Position numbers and translations under genes: made by a program. Below, piece after piece: positions 47,901 through 57,477 of a DNA stretch of 64,000 bases (its first letter is position 1; the number at the start of each line of letters is the position of its first letter). Under the pieces are notes generated by a model. The model saw only the letters and a list, made by a program, of their open reading frames with translations, searched no databases and was not told the DNA's origin. Source of the DNA: Bacillota bacterium (lineage in GTDB: Bacteria > Bacillota > Clostridia > Ch29). The stretch covers positions 171,976-235,975 of the forward strand of contig JABVCK010000027.1 of NCBI GenBank assembly GCA_013540605.1, given 5' to 3'.

Positions 47901-48810
47901 CTGTTGTGAGTTTTAGTTCCCATTCGGTTCCGAGAGCGTCTTTTGCTATATATATATTTCGCCCATTTCTGCCTATCAGGTTTCCGTTGATTGTATATAA
48001 TGCGCTTATTCTATGGGAAGAAAGGTGTTTTATCCAGCTAGTGCCATTATCAGAGGTATATGTGACATTATAGTTCGGGCCGGTCGATATTAATTCTTCC
48101 CTTTCAATTCCAACAACAATATGTCTGCCATTGGCATATATTCCGTCATAGAATTGTCCTGGATTTAAAGTGATAACACCGCTGCTGTTATTTTGAAACT
48201 GTATTATCTGCCTTGTAAGCGAGTAATACCCCGGTGGAAACTCTTCGTTTGAAATCCAACGTATGTCACTTTCATGCCCCACGCACATAAAGCTATTCCC
48301 GTTATTATAGGCATAGAACCCATTATACTTATGGTATTTGTCCGGATGCCGATATGCTGTAATAATAGATGTAAGCCTTCCTGAAGATTCAGGGAGTACA
48401 ATGCTATAAGAATCCGACCCTTCTTCATAAGTAGTTCTGCACAATACAACATACGTGACATCTGTCGGTTCGTAATAAAATTTATTACTATACCTATAAT
48501 CTCTCGATGATTCGTAATAGTTCTCCGCAAAACCATAGTTATCATCTTCTCTTCGTGTTATCGTATAATTTCTAGCATACCAGTACCCTGAACTGTTGTC
48601 ACGCACTCTATATGTCAGAACACTTGAGTTTCCTCCCCTGTAAGTTAATATGCCTCCGTCTATCCGGAAAGTTTTCGTACTGCTTGGAATGGGCAGTATA
48701 TACCAAATAGCGTCATCTAATTGCGAACCATAAGCTAAATTGTGAGGGAAGCAATTCAATAGAAGATTCATGATAATTATAGTTAACAGTACCTTGCCAG
48801 TAAGCTTCAT
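44965..48810 (-). CDS. Large secreted protein (propeller-like N-part, repeated Ig-like/PKD-like domains); putative adhesin
   Basis: Signal peptide; S.DNG.SW / S.DG..W Asp-box-like motifs; beta-rich repeats; 1281 aa. Confidence 0.7.
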   Translation of the reverse strand: MKLTGKVLLTIIIMNLLLNCFPHNLAYGSQLDDAIWYILPIPSSTKTFRIDGGILTYRGGNSSVLTYRVRDNSSGYWYARNYTITRREDDNYGFAENYYESSRDYRYSNKFYYEPTDVTYVVLCRTTYEEGSDSYSIVLPESSGRLTSIITAYRHPDKYHKYNGFYAYNNGNSFMCVGHESDIRWISNEEFPPGYYSLTRQIIQFQNNSSGVITLNPGQFYDGIYANGRHIVVGIEREELISTGPNYNVTYTSDNGTSWIKHLSSHRISALYTINGNLIGRNGRNIYIAKDALGTEWELKLTTATDIADYFYYDNKLWFITADWRFYSSTDGILWIERRLSIPGGYVLRSAAFDDYNLVVATTEERTVGVIPGSWLFNANAIPAISIIQPANGSEFDYNGTITVSGQVRDENAGDILTIRYTINGAPSHNNKVLTTITANGNNQNFTATIQLSGTIPEQATSMTIWVTDNQGGTSNTITINNIRFNHPPSIQSINIDKTSLINDQEININGSIRDVSQGRQINLYYTVSGISEHTNKKATLINPAVLISNGGNLNFQAKIPLDSNIPSGKYVLKIWADNGRMSSEIYKTDIEVRSILNIINQLTSSYIPTYKNEDIRCVVINTDNNITGSNENNNMISNISNLIKDLDSNLFFIGRDGSTRAYIENNLTNMFKMNTVNYVLPTQVNSHYLLDYILEKHREFEPIETSLYVTGDYLKNSLGFTDIEKDYSDITISDKLKGNQVLANTLKTPKQGSMQIRYTHDPSVFDNPAATHEKSNGLWRVIENINDEYVLDRASPELRGEWIMEVKASDTTGDARYDKYSDVEMYLFIVHEKPKAVVESAVRENGIILSGRNSYDIDYQYSKPNNGIQEYLWRYQLENGDWYDWSTSVNTIIPKTMGGQEVVNYSLTVWDYHGASDTVVEALIPSEELQLQLLAKLNPEVSSFSLTSIPSTEALKVTDIITVSPDEVDRIEFALYSNDTRRTGLVQLNSPSDILETDGIETAWKDIRDYVITPRDINNSYLRDGSYTAILKAASDKATAEKEWEIRIETPIELAPDMPGEIAAGNAATLKAETSKYVETITITLLGDIITLNDNNNIVVGNKKVWEYEYTPPNNLPDGYYTAVFTAKTYNGETQIVEKEFRLQNLMLKDFAITDMVNHPWHTFPIAKDDLPVDYKTGYYVTFRIDSLGNPDAVRAEIRINGSLDKTVDMVPVGSSGPYQIWQGRYYAGARTAVGSVITFILTADKGESTYDYNTREGWDGRALTVTGTALEDARVNRIY

Positions 48811-48837
48811 TTTCTCACCTCCGTCCGTATATTGTTT

Positions 48838-51729
48838 TTAATAATCAGGTTTATATATTTCTACTTTCCCTTCCCTGTCTATCACATAAATAACAGCATT
48901 GATCCTATTAGCTTTCAGTTGCTGCATTAAAACATCAACATTGATTTTATTGCCATTTATTTCAAATATGAATAATTCTAGCGTATATTCTCTAGTAGTC
49001 GAAATATCGATAATTGGCCTTAAATTATCTACTAATACGGTTTTTTCGTTTACATCTATGCAGTCTGTACTGGCTGTTTGGGAAGGTATATACTCCAGCC
49101 CGTTATTTTCATCAATATAATTAGGCGGATCTGGCTCTTCTACCGCCAGAAAATCAAATTTGAAAGTCCCAAACAGATTTTTGTATTCATTATCCACGAC
49201 AAAAGTAAATTCTGCCCTGTCCTCTTTAAAGTTCCTGGCTGCTATACTGATATATTCCGATAAGTTTTCATCGTTCTTCGTAACCCACATACCCGAATGC
49301 GCTCCATCGTTACTGAAATCACCATCACCGTTATAATCATACGAAACAAGCAGCTTGCTTTGATCTGTGTCGATTTTATCATCCGGGCTGGTGTAGTTGA
49401 TGACTACATCAAAAACCACCTTTAATAAATTGTTTGGGTCACGATATACTATGGCATTCGGTATATTGACGCCAACAACCGGTGAAAGCTCAGACTGTAC
49501 ATAAACATTCTTTTCCGCATAGTCACTTTCCCGCATCTCATTGACTACCTTGTATTTGATCCTATACCAACCTTCTTTATCAATCCTGATATCCTGCATT
49601 TGCCTACCCCTGAATACAACTCTGCCGTCAATTATTTCTTTCCCCATTCCTTTTACGTAGTCATTTCTCGATATATCTATCTCCCCGTTTAAATCTGCCA
49701 ACGGTTCCACAACAAACATTGTATTGGGATTTTCAAACAGAATAGGGTATTTGCTTTGTAATTCAGGACCGGTTTTGTCTATTGACAGAGAACCGTCAAG
49801 CGATATTTTTTTATACATTTTTGTATGCCCTGTAATATTAAAATCCGCAGTGGGTTTTGTCGATAAGAACTCAACGCTTCGAGTTGTGCTGCTCGTATCG
49901 CTTGTAAGCGAGAAAAACCCGTCCCCCGATAATTTTACAATATAAACGCCCGCTTCCCGCATCGTGAATTTGTCATTAGAATTCAGTATTAAATCTGCGT
50001 AATAATCCTCTTCATCACGTCGTATTTGCCATTGTTTATTGTCAGCCCCTTTTGACTTATCAATTACTTGTGCATATTCTCCTTCATATAGTACGTCCGG
50101 AACAATACTGAAATCTAAAACGGCAAACTTATAAAATTCTTTCCTGTCGAGAGCTTCATTATTTAAAATGTTTGTAGCGTATTGGGTAACGGTAAATGCC
50201 CCGGTTGTGAAACGTGCATCAAGGTCAACCCATTCAGGGGCTTTCCCTTCGCCTGAAATCAGTATTTCTCCATTCTGGTTTTTGATATCCCAATAAGTGT
50301 ATATAGTGTTGAATATATTTTCGATTTCTTCGTCCAGATGATTCTCTACCGTAATGCCTAACCGCTCCTCTTGACTATCATCCAGTATAAGCTCAATATC
50401 CGGGTATGGATTAATTACCTCGAAACTTCTGCTGCTTTCAGAGCTTTCTTGATTGTTTTGGTCTACTACTATAACTCTGATCCTGTATTCCTGTCCCGCA
50501 TTGCCTTCAAATTTAAACTCCCTGTCTGTTTGAATTTTATTGCTTATAATGGTTTCCCATTCATGGTCGCCAATGCTTCTGTCAATCGAAACAATAGAAT
50601 GCTTATACGGTGCATCTACAGGGCTTTCATAGCTCCATGCAATAGTATTTTGGTAATCTCCACTGCTTGTTATCTCTATCGGGTATACAGGTTCAGGAAC
50701 AATGATACTGGTTGTGGGAGGTCTGGCAGGCGGGCTTATTTCGGTAAACCTTAATCCTACCTTCGCTTTCTCCGACCATTTGCCTTTATACTTCACCATC
50801 AATGATACTGTATACATAACTTTTTGTGTCTCGATAATCGAAGGCGGGTTTTTATATGCGACATTATCAGTAGTATAAACCGTACCTCCGATATTCCAAT
50901 ACCATTGTTCTATGTTATTGTCTATGTTTGCATCGTTTAAGTCCCTGGCCCAACCCTCCAAGCTGACAGGCACTCCCAACGGTGCATCAAACCATTTTAT
51001 CCCTTGTTCACTGTTTGCCGTTACGCTATCCATTTGCTGTAACGATATAACATAACTTGCCCTTATGTGTGCAATAGCTTCACAGTTCGGGTCAGGGTCA
51101 GGCGCATCAGGGTCATCGGGCGGGTCTAACAACCCGTGGTCTATCTCCCACTGTTCGGGATCTTCTATATATGCATTGTCCGTAAACACCGCCACAAAGC
51201 AGGCGTAAGTCCTGTAAACATCATTACCCATATTTTGGGCTGTGCTTGTTCCCCGCAGTTCAAGGCCAACATAAGGGATTATGGTTGTGCCGGATTGCCC
51301 TAAATAGTCAGCCACGTCAAATATCCGCATGTCATAGGCATAATATTGGTTAATTCTCTGCAAAGTGTCCCATATTTGCCACTCGTTTATTTTTGAATCG
51401 TCTCTTGGGTCCCAATCAAATTTATATGCGTACAGTGCCGTTAATTGATGTGTACTCGGGATGGTAATCGGGGTAAAAACGATATTTACCCTCTGCCCTT
51501 CCGGATCGGAACTCCCAAGTTCATAAACGCCACCAAAATATGACTGGTACCTGTAGATGCCGTCCCCACCCTTCCAGTATTCAAAATACCCTTCAATAAA
51601 AACATGCCTGTGAGGGGAAGGCTCTGCCCCCGCAACGTTATATGAGGGCAGAGCCAATATGATCATCACCAGTACCAGAATTATGCTGATTGTCTTTTGG
51701 TTTTTCCATGATTTAATCATATAAACCAC
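48838..51729 (-). CDS. Large secreted Ig/PKD-like repeat protein; putative adhesin
   Basis: Signal peptide, PPDDPDAPDPDP linker, PTADF..ISLDGS.S PKD-like motif; 963 aa. Confidence 0.7.
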   Translation of the reverse strand: MVYMIKSWKNQKTISIILVLVMIILALPSYNVAGAEPSPHRHVFIEGYFEYWKGGDGIYRYQSYFGGVYELGSSDPEGQRVNIVFTPITIPSTHQLTALYAYKFDWDPRDDSKINEWQIWDTLQRINQYYAYDMRIFDVADYLGQSGTTIIPYVGLELRGTSTAQNMGNDVYRTYACFVAVFTDNAYIEDPEQWEIDHGLLDPPDDPDAPDPDPNCEAIAHIRASYVISLQQMDSVTANSEQGIKWFDAPLGVPVSLEGWARDLNDANIDNNIEQWYWNIGGTVYTTDNVAYKNPPSIIETQKVMYTVSLMVKYKGKWSEKAKVGLRFTEISPPARPPTTSIIVPEPVYPIEITSSGDYQNTIAWSYESPVDAPYKHSIVSIDRSIGDHEWETIISNKIQTDREFKFEGNAGQEYRIRVIVVDQNNQESSESSRSFEVINPYPDIELILDDSQEERLGITVENHLDEEIENIFNTIYTYWDIKNQNGEILISGEGKAPEWVDLDARFTTGAFTVTQYATNILNNEALDRKEFYKFAVLDFSIVPDVLYEGEYAQVIDKSKGADNKQWQIRRDEEDYYADLILNSNDKFTMREAGVYIVKLSGDGFFSLTSDTSSTTRSVEFLSTKPTADFNITGHTKMYKKISLDGSLSIDKTGPELQSKYPILFENPNTMFVVEPLADLNGEIDISRNDYVKGMGKEIIDGRVVFRGRQMQDIRIDKEGWYRIKYKVVNEMRESDYAEKNVYVQSELSPVVGVNIPNAIVYRDPNNLLKVVFDVVINYTSPDDKIDTDQSKLLVSYDYNGDGDFSNDGAHSGMWVTKNDENLSEYISIAARNFKEDRAEFTFVVDNEYKNLFGTFKFDFLAVEEPDPPNYIDENNGLEYIPSQTASTDCIDVNEKTVLVDNLRPIIDISTTREYTLELFIFEINGNKINVDVLMQQLKANRINAVIYVIDREGKVEIYKPDY

Positions 51730-51738
51730 CTTTTTTAT

Positions 51739-53037
51739 CTAATCTATCTTTATCTTTAGCACGTCGGACTTATAGGGCTTACCTTCATGTCCAGTATAGT
51801 ACAGCAATACCGTCTTTACTTTGTCCGCATCTTCGGAGCTTAACATGTACATAAGCGTTACCTTGCCGGAATCCCTTAGAGTCCCAATCTGATACTTTGA
51901 TACGGGCAAGTTTGGATAGTTCTCCAGCGCTTTTTTGTTCATTGGGTCATTGAGTTGATTCCCTGCTATATACAATGCGGTCTTTTTAACAATCAAATTA
52001 TTGTTTTTGTCAAGAAATACTGCGGTATAGCAGGCTGGATCTCTTTCATCCAACAATTCTCCTTCGACAATAAACAGGTCTACGGGCCTGCCCAGACCCC
52101 AATAAAAAGCGTTCGTTCCCTTTATGAAGGTATCTTCATATGCGTCAAACCTGTAGCTTTCCAGTTTCAGCCCTTCGTATTTCAAGGGCAGCAGTTTTTT
52201 GTCGACCTCTATAATGTCTTTGGGGTGGTATGTTCCATCGTAGTTTACCAAAATCCTTTCATCTATTACCAATCTATCTTCGATGTCAGCCAGCCCTTCT
52301 TCTTCAAAGGATTTGCCCGGTAATTTGTTTGCGTCCACAAGCCCGTCCCCGTTCCTATACTGCTCCATTTCTTCTTCTATGCCTGTCAGGTAGTCGAGGG
52401 CGTTTATAACCATAGTGCTTGCTTCCGCTCTGGTGGCTTCGCCGTAGGGCTTGAAGGTCAGGTCGGGGTATCCGTTTATGATCCCGTTGTCGCTTGCTAT
52501 GATGATGTAGCCCCTGTCCTGCGATGGAATATCATTATTGTCAACAAATTTTGTATTATCTCCCGCCATACCTTCTGCCTGTTCGACCATGCCTACCGCC
52601 CGGACTATCATCTTCGCCATTTCAAGGCGTGTGATGTTTTTATCGGGCATATAAGAAGCTCCGTACTCCGATTTGTCGATTACGCCTGCTTCTACCAGTG
52701 TGTGTACCTCATTTTTAGCCCAGTGGTTGCTGGTATCGTCAAACGAGTTGCCGATCACTTCATCATATTTAAAAGCCTTTCTGATAATGGTACTGAATTC
52801 CGCTCTGGTGATTGTATTGTCCGGCTTGAACGTGCCGTCACCGTAACCGTTTATGACGCCAAGTCCCACAAGTTTACCTACGGTTACATCGCCCCAATGG
52901 CTGCCCATGTCGGTAAACCGACCGCCTATGCCCGTATCGGCCAAAACCTGCGAAGGCCCCGCAACGCTTATTAACAACATTACCGTTACCATTACAGCAA
53001 TATACCTATGCTTTTTCACACTAATTCCTCCTCGCAT
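51739..53037 (-). CDS. S-layer homology (SLH) domain protein
   Basis: Signal peptide; GY.DGTFKPD..ITRAE, ITRLE and ATRAE (three SLH repeats). Confidence 0.9.
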   Translation of the reverse strand: MRGGISVKKHRYIAVMVTVMLLISVAGPSQVLADTGIGGRFTDMGSHWGDVTVGKLVGLGVINGYGDGTFKPDNTITRAEFSTIIRKAFKYDEVIGNSFDDTSNHWAKNEVHTLVEAGVIDKSEYGASYMPDKNITRLEMAKMIVRAVGMVEQAEGMAGDNTKFVDNNDIPSQDRGYIIIASDNGIINGYPDLTFKPYGEATRAEASTMVINALDYLTGIEEEMEQYRNGDGLVDANKLPGKSFEEEGLADIEDRLVIDERILVNYDGTYHPKDIIEVDKKLLPLKYEGLKLESYRFDAYEDTFIKGTNAFYWGLGRPVDLFIVEGELLDERDPACYTAVFLDKNNNLIVKKTALYIAGNQLNDPMNKKALENYPNLPVSKYQIGTLRDSGKVTLMYMLSSEDADKVKTVLLYYTGHEGKPYKSDVLKIKID

Positions 53038-53097
53038 ACATATTTTACCTATACATATTGTACCACATGACAGCAGTGCAATAGCAAATATAGCCAG

Positions 53098-53556
53098 TTA
53101 TATATGTTTACACCGGGAACCTACAGACGAACATACTAACATTAAAGGATATATGATAAATGATGCTGCTATGAAATAAACAACAATTTCAAAAGCAATC
53201 ATGAAAATACATTTGATTGTATACCCTCCTGAAAACAATGGAGGCCATGTAATAAACGTTGATAAAGGAAAGATAAAAGCAACCAATAAAAAACATATTA
53301 AAATAAGCTCCCGTCTCTTGTTTACAACTTCTGCCATAATTACCCCTAACCCCATAAATATAAAGGTTAAACCTATCCATGCAAGCCAAAGTTTAGCTCC
53401 AGCTATATCGTTATAGTGAATTCCATCTACTAGGTTTGGGTTTATAATTACCAAAAGGAAATTCTTTAAAGATATAGAATTTGTAATATATAGAATACCG
53501 AAATCTATTATAAAAAATATCGTACCCAGGTTTGCGCAGCATACAAAAAAGTCCAT
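53098..53556 (-). CDS. Multi-TM membrane protein (start uncertain, possibly truncated)
   Basis: Four hydrophobic segments in the 3' part of ORF 53098-53850. Confidence 0.45.
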   Translation of the reverse strand: MDFFVCCANLGTIFFIIDFGILYITNSISLKNFLLVIINPNLVDGIHYNDIAGAKLWLAWIGLTFIFMGLGVIMAEVVNKRRELILICFLLVAFIFPLSTFITWPPLFSGGYTIKCIFMIAFEIVVYFIAASFIIYPLMLVCSSVGSRCKHI

Positions 53557-53595
53557 GGCTTGTAATAACCTGCGGGATAAAGGAAGCGGTTTCGA

Positions 53596-54195
53596 TTGAA
53601 AACTTTTTATAGAATTTGGTCCACCTTCAGATATGGTTTTGATTTTATCAGGTATGTTTTTGGTTTTACCGGAACAATCTTTTTTATAGCATCCGTGCTT
53701 ATTATCCGCCACATTAGTATTGTTACTATACGCATTATACTTGCCCTTGGTATGGTATATATTCTTTATGTATGGAAGTTTCCAGCAATAAGCAGATACT
53801 TCCTTTTTATCCAAACTTCTATTAATGAGTTTCATATTTATAAACGCCACCTTCCGTCAATAAGACTATTTGCAACCAAAAAACCTTTTATCGCAGTAAG
53901 AATCCTTTATAGAGACTTAGTCGAACAGGCTGCCCTTAAAGCAATTTCCAGAACCGAACCCGGCAGCAAAATAGTTCTTGAAACCCACCTTCTGAACGAT
54001 AAAGTATTGAACCGCTTGCCCGATGGTTTCGAGATTGCAGAATACGACTCTTCCTTTATAAAAAGGTTTTCTGCCAAGATTTGCGCCAAAGCCGCATCCT
54101 TGGTACGCCCGGTTTCCTGCAAGAAACAATATCCTGTAAATACAGACAAAAACAAATGGTATCGTATTACCATAAAAAATATCTCCACCCTCTGA
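53596..54195 (+). CDS. Hypothetical membrane protein, opposite to the operon
   Basis: 199-aa ORF, two TM helices followed by a soluble domain. Confidence 0.5.
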   Translation: MKTFYRIWSTFRYGFDFIRYVFGFTGTIFFIASVLIIRHISIVTIRIILALGMVYILYVWKFPAISRYFLFIQTSINEFHIYKRHLPSIRLFATKKPFIAVRILYRDLVEQAALKAISRTEPGSKIVLETHLLNDKVLNRLPDGFEIAEYDSSFIKRFSAKICAKAASLVRPVSCKKQYPVNTDKNKWYRITIKNISTL

Positions 54196-54216
54196 AATAA
54201 GAGGGCGAAGATATTA

Positions 54217-54738
54217 TTAATCATATACGCTTGTCAGCTGCGAACCTGACAGCTTATCCACCACAAGCGTTTTCCTTATCAGCATCCCCCGTACCGTAAA
54301 CTCCACCACTGCAATTACGGAGGGATGTTCTATCGAATACGCCCTCCCCAGGGTGGTCGATACGTAGCTGGAGGGATAGTCGTTCTCCACTGCCAGTTCC
54401 TTAATCTCCGGCCTGCCGGAAAGTATGCTGCCCGGCAAGGGCTCCAGGGTGGTTTCGTCCAGCCCCAGGTTGTGTGCAAGCACCGCCCTGAAATTATCCT
54501 GTGCCGCATCTGGGTCTATCAGGAATACCCCGTCCGCCATCCCGTCGCCCTCTCTGACCGCAAGGGCCCCCGCCAGGGTTGCCCTGTTCATTGCATGCTT
54601 CACCTGCTTCGACTTTATATACAGGTTTGCAAAGTCGAATACCAGAGCGGTAACGCCGGCAAAGGTAAAGACCAGTATTATGAGCCATATGTAAACGTTG
54701 CCCCCGTTGCTTTTCAATGTTTCCCTTATCCTTACCAT
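54217..54738 (-). CDS. TadE/TadG-like pseudopilin
   Basis: LKSNGG/N leader plus hydrophobic helix, D......K...K.AMNRA..AGA. Confidence 0.75.
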   Translation of the reverse strand: MVRIRETLKSNGGNVYIWLIILVFTFAGVTALVFDFANLYIKSKQVKHAMNRATLAGALAVREGDGMADGVFLIDPDAAQDNFRAVLAHNLGLDETTLEPLPGSILSGRPEIKELAVENDYPSSYVSTTLGRAYSIEHPSVIAVVEFTVRGMLIRKTLVVDKLSGSQLTSVYD

Positions 54739-55187
54739 TTTTCGCTCATCCCCGTGACCCTGGCCCCTATATAGAATCTCTGCTCGCTTATGCCCGGCGC
54801 CATGACCCTGTTAATGTAATAAAACGGGTGCGGCGACCTGTACAGTACCGTAATGCCCATCTCCCGCCCCCTGGGCACGTACGTCTCGTCGCTGCCGTCA
54901 AAGGCCTCCTCCGGCGTTACCTCAATCTCAAGCTTTTCCCTCTCAAACCCCATACCGCTCAACCCATCTACCAGTTCCGCCTTCAGTTCCGCCGTGAACT
55001 GTCCCTCCAAAAGCGCGCGGTCAAACTTCGTGTTAATCAGGTTTACCATATCGTTCCTCCTCATGAAATACGCCCCGCCCAGCACCAGGTACATGAAAAA
55101 CCACAGGAGGAAGGGGGCCACCACTACATACCCCACCACAGACGACCCCCTCTCGTCTTTCAACGTATAAACCAGCCGCCCTTTCAT
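54732..55187 (-). CDS. TadE-like pseudopilin
   Basis: LKDERG/S leader plus hydrophobic helix. Confidence 0.75.
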   Translation of the reverse strand: MKGRLVYTLKDERGSSVVGYVVVAPFLLWFFMYLVLGGAYFMRRNDMVNLINTKFDRALLEGQFTAELKAELVDGLSGMGFEREKLEIEVTPEEAFDGSDETYVPRGREMGITVLYRSPHPFYYINRVMAPGISEQRFYIGARVTGMSEKW

Positions 55188-55203
55188 GCCGCCTTCCGCC
55201 CCG

Positions 55204-55389
55204 TTATTCCAGTATCTCGTCCAGGTCGTCCATCCTGTCAATGGACGTATTGGCCTTCTCGCTTATCTTGTTGTTCAGTCCGGGCAGGGCAACTACCGCT
55301 ATTATGGCCACTATGGCAATTATGATTATGAACTGGAATATCTCCGAACCCCTGTTGTCCTTCAATATTTTCCTGATTTTTTCAAGCAT
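55204..55389 (-). CDS. flp: Flp/type IVc pilin
   Basis: 61 aa, LKDNRG/SEIFQFIIIIAIVAII. Confidence 0.75.
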   Translation of the reverse strand: MLEKIRKILKDNRGSEIFQFIIIIAIVAIIAVVALPGLNNKISEKANTSIDRMDDLDEILE

Positions 55390-55427
55390 CTTGATTCCTC
55401 CTCAAAATTTGTTGTTGATTGAATTAT

Positions 55428-55601
55428 TTACTCATCTTCAATTTCCGTCAGCGTGTCGCAGCTGTTGTACTGCCGTGCTGTAATGCCGGCCCTGTTTTCG
55501 ATTGCGCTCTTCAGTCCGGGAATTATCCCCGCTGCCAATATGGCGGCCACAGCTACGATTATCATATATTCCACTATGCCGTTTCCCCTGTCGTCCAGCA
55601 C
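55428..55601 (-). CDS. flp: Flp/type IVc pilin
   Basis: GTG start; DDRG/NGIVEYMIIVAVAAIL (G/xxxxEY motif). Confidence 0.78.
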   Translation of the reverse strand: MLDDRGNGIVEYMIIVAVAAILAAGIIPGLKSAIENRAGITARQYNSCDTLTEIEDE

Positions 55602-55615
55602 CGTTGCCACCCCCT

Positions 55616-56530
55616 TTAAATGGGTACCATGTCGAGCAGTTTTACCGAGTACACGAACCACGGGTATCCGCCCACCATCAGGAAGGCCAATAGCGGAAAT
55701 ATCATCAGCAGAACGCCCACTATGCTCTTCCTGGCGTTTCTCTCCCTCCGGTTTATCCTGTTCAGTTCCTTCCCCAGCATCCTGTGCCCCTCCAGGTACC
55801 TCAGGGCTACCTCCCTGTCGCTGTCCAGAGCTTGCCGCAGCGCTATGCATATCTTTTCAAAGTTGGGATGTCCGGTTTCGCATTTCAGCCGCTCAAGTGT
55901 ACCCTCCGGGTCCGCCGAGTAACCGTTTACCGCGGCCTCCAGCGGTGCCCTGTACACTTTCGCCCGCTCGTACAGGGACAACAGTATCTGCTTCACGCTT
56001 TTCCCCGCCTTCAGCATCATTATGGTGTAGGTCTGCAGCATAACCGTTTCCCTGTAACCCCTGGCGTTGCGGTAAGAGATCAGCAGCTTCAGGGCTCCGT
56101 ACGGCAGCCTGTGAAAAATCAGGGCTATTGCAAGGTACAAAACCCATTCCTGTCCGCCTATCCGCATGCTGACATGCGCCAGAGCCGGGTTCCCCACCTT
56201 TTCGGCTATCGCCCTCAGCTTGTCCATATGCGCCAGGCTGTTCAGCGCGTTGGTGTACCTGGCCGCTATTGCCAGGATAACCGCCGCCGCCGGCAGCAGG
56301 TATGTAACGGTCTGAAACCCCTCCGGGCTCATACCGCCACCAGCCTGTTTCAGCCTTGCTTTCAGGTTCTTATACGTCCGGCTGCCCGGTTTCGAATGCA
56401 ACAGCCTGACATGCCTGTTGCTTCCCAGACCCTCGATTTGCTTCAGCAAGCCCCTTCTTATCCTCCTCCTTCTTTTGCCCGCAAAAAGGTCCCACAGGAC
56501 CAGGGCCAGCGATACCGCCGCAAAAATCAT
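55616..56530 (-). CDS. tadC: TadC-like pilus assembly membrane protein
   Basis: TM / LKARLKQAG / TM / T2SSF-like domain / C-terminal TM; follows tadB. Confidence 0.72.
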   Translation of the reverse strand: MIFAAVSLALVLWDLFAGKRRRRIRRGLLKQIEGLGSNRHVRLLHSKPGSRTYKNLKARLKQAGGGMSPEGFQTVTYLLPAAAVILAIAARYTNALNSLAHMDKLRAIAEKVGNPALAHVSMRIGGQEWVLYLAIALIFHRLPYGALKLLISYRNARGYRETVMLQTYTIMMLKAGKSVKQILLSLYERAKVYRAPLEAAVNGYSADPEGTLERLKCETGHPNFEKICIALRQALDSDREVALRYLEGHRMLGKELNRINRRERNARKSIVGVLLMIFPLLAFLMVGGYPWFVYSVKLLDMVPI

Positions 56531-56562
56531 ATATACCGGTTTAATGGTCCTTCCCCCCTTCC

Positions 56563-57477
56563 CTATATGCGTTCCATGACCGTCATAACGCTTATGCCCA
56601 GCACTATGACCACCACCCACACAAACACGATTACATTGCCGGCGGGCGTGTAAAAGTACAGGTCCCCTGCTATCGGATTGAACATGATGTTCAGTATGAA
56701 GGCAAGGGCAGTGCTGGCGGTTATGACTATGAACAGCATCCTGTTCGTGCTTAATTCGGTCTTCGTTTCTTCCTCGTTCTTCAGGTCGTCGTTCATCAGC
56801 TCGTTGAGGAACAGCAGTTCTTCGCTTATGTCCCCCGCCCCTTCGTAGCTCGTCAGGAGAAGCTCCGAAAAGGCGTACGCCCATACATAATCAAGGCTCT
56901 CCGCAAATTCCCGTATGGGTCTCCGGTAATCGTGGCTGCCCGACAGCTGCCTTGCCATCCTCTCGAAAACCGCACCTATTGCCGGGTCCATCCTCCTGTA
57001 GGATTCGTTTATGGCGGCCTTAATGTTTTTATGGGACATATAGCTGTCAATGAACAGCTGCAGGGCTGCCGGAAGCTTTTTCCTCACAGCCGCCAGCCTG
57101 ATGTTCAGCCATGCGTCAAAAACATACAGGACCGTGTATCCCGCCAGCACAGACAGCAGCAGGGCTGTATACCACATGGCGAAAAGGTTGAAAAACACAA
57201 GGGCGGACATAACGCCGGCGGCAGCCGCGGCCAGCATCACCCACAAGGCCACCGCTTCATTCTCGCGGTAAGACCCGGAATTTATCACCGACAGCTTCCC
57301 GGCCAGCCTTGTCTTGAGCCCGTTCAACGCATCATACCTGCATACCAGCTTCCCGAACCTGCGTATTAACCCCGTGTCCGGCCTGACCGACCACTTCCTT
57401 CTGATGCGGGGCCTTTTCCTGAGCCTGTCGTAGAGTACCGGCACGCCTGCCAGGGACAGAATTATCAGGTATTTCAA
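56563..57477 (-). CDS. tadB: TadB-like pilus assembly membrane protein
   Basis: KKLPAAL.LF, I...F..M, G.GDI...L, LYF.T..G motifs; TTG start overlaps the cpaF stop. Confidence 0.78.
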   Translation of the reverse strand: MKYLIILSLAGVPVLYDRLRKRPRIRRKWSVRPDTGLIRRFGKLVCRYDALNGLKTRLAGKLSVINSGSYRENEAVALWVMLAAAAAGVMSALVFFNLFAMWYTALLLSVLAGYTVLYVFDAWLNIRLAAVRKKLPAALQLFIDSYMSHKNIKAAINESYRRMDPAIGAVFERMARQLSGSHDYRRPIREFAESLDYVWAYAFSELLLTSYEGAGDISEELLFLNELMNDDLKNEEETKTELSTNRMLFIVITASTALAFILNIMFNPIAGDLYFYTPAGNVIVFVWVVVIVLGISVMTVMERI

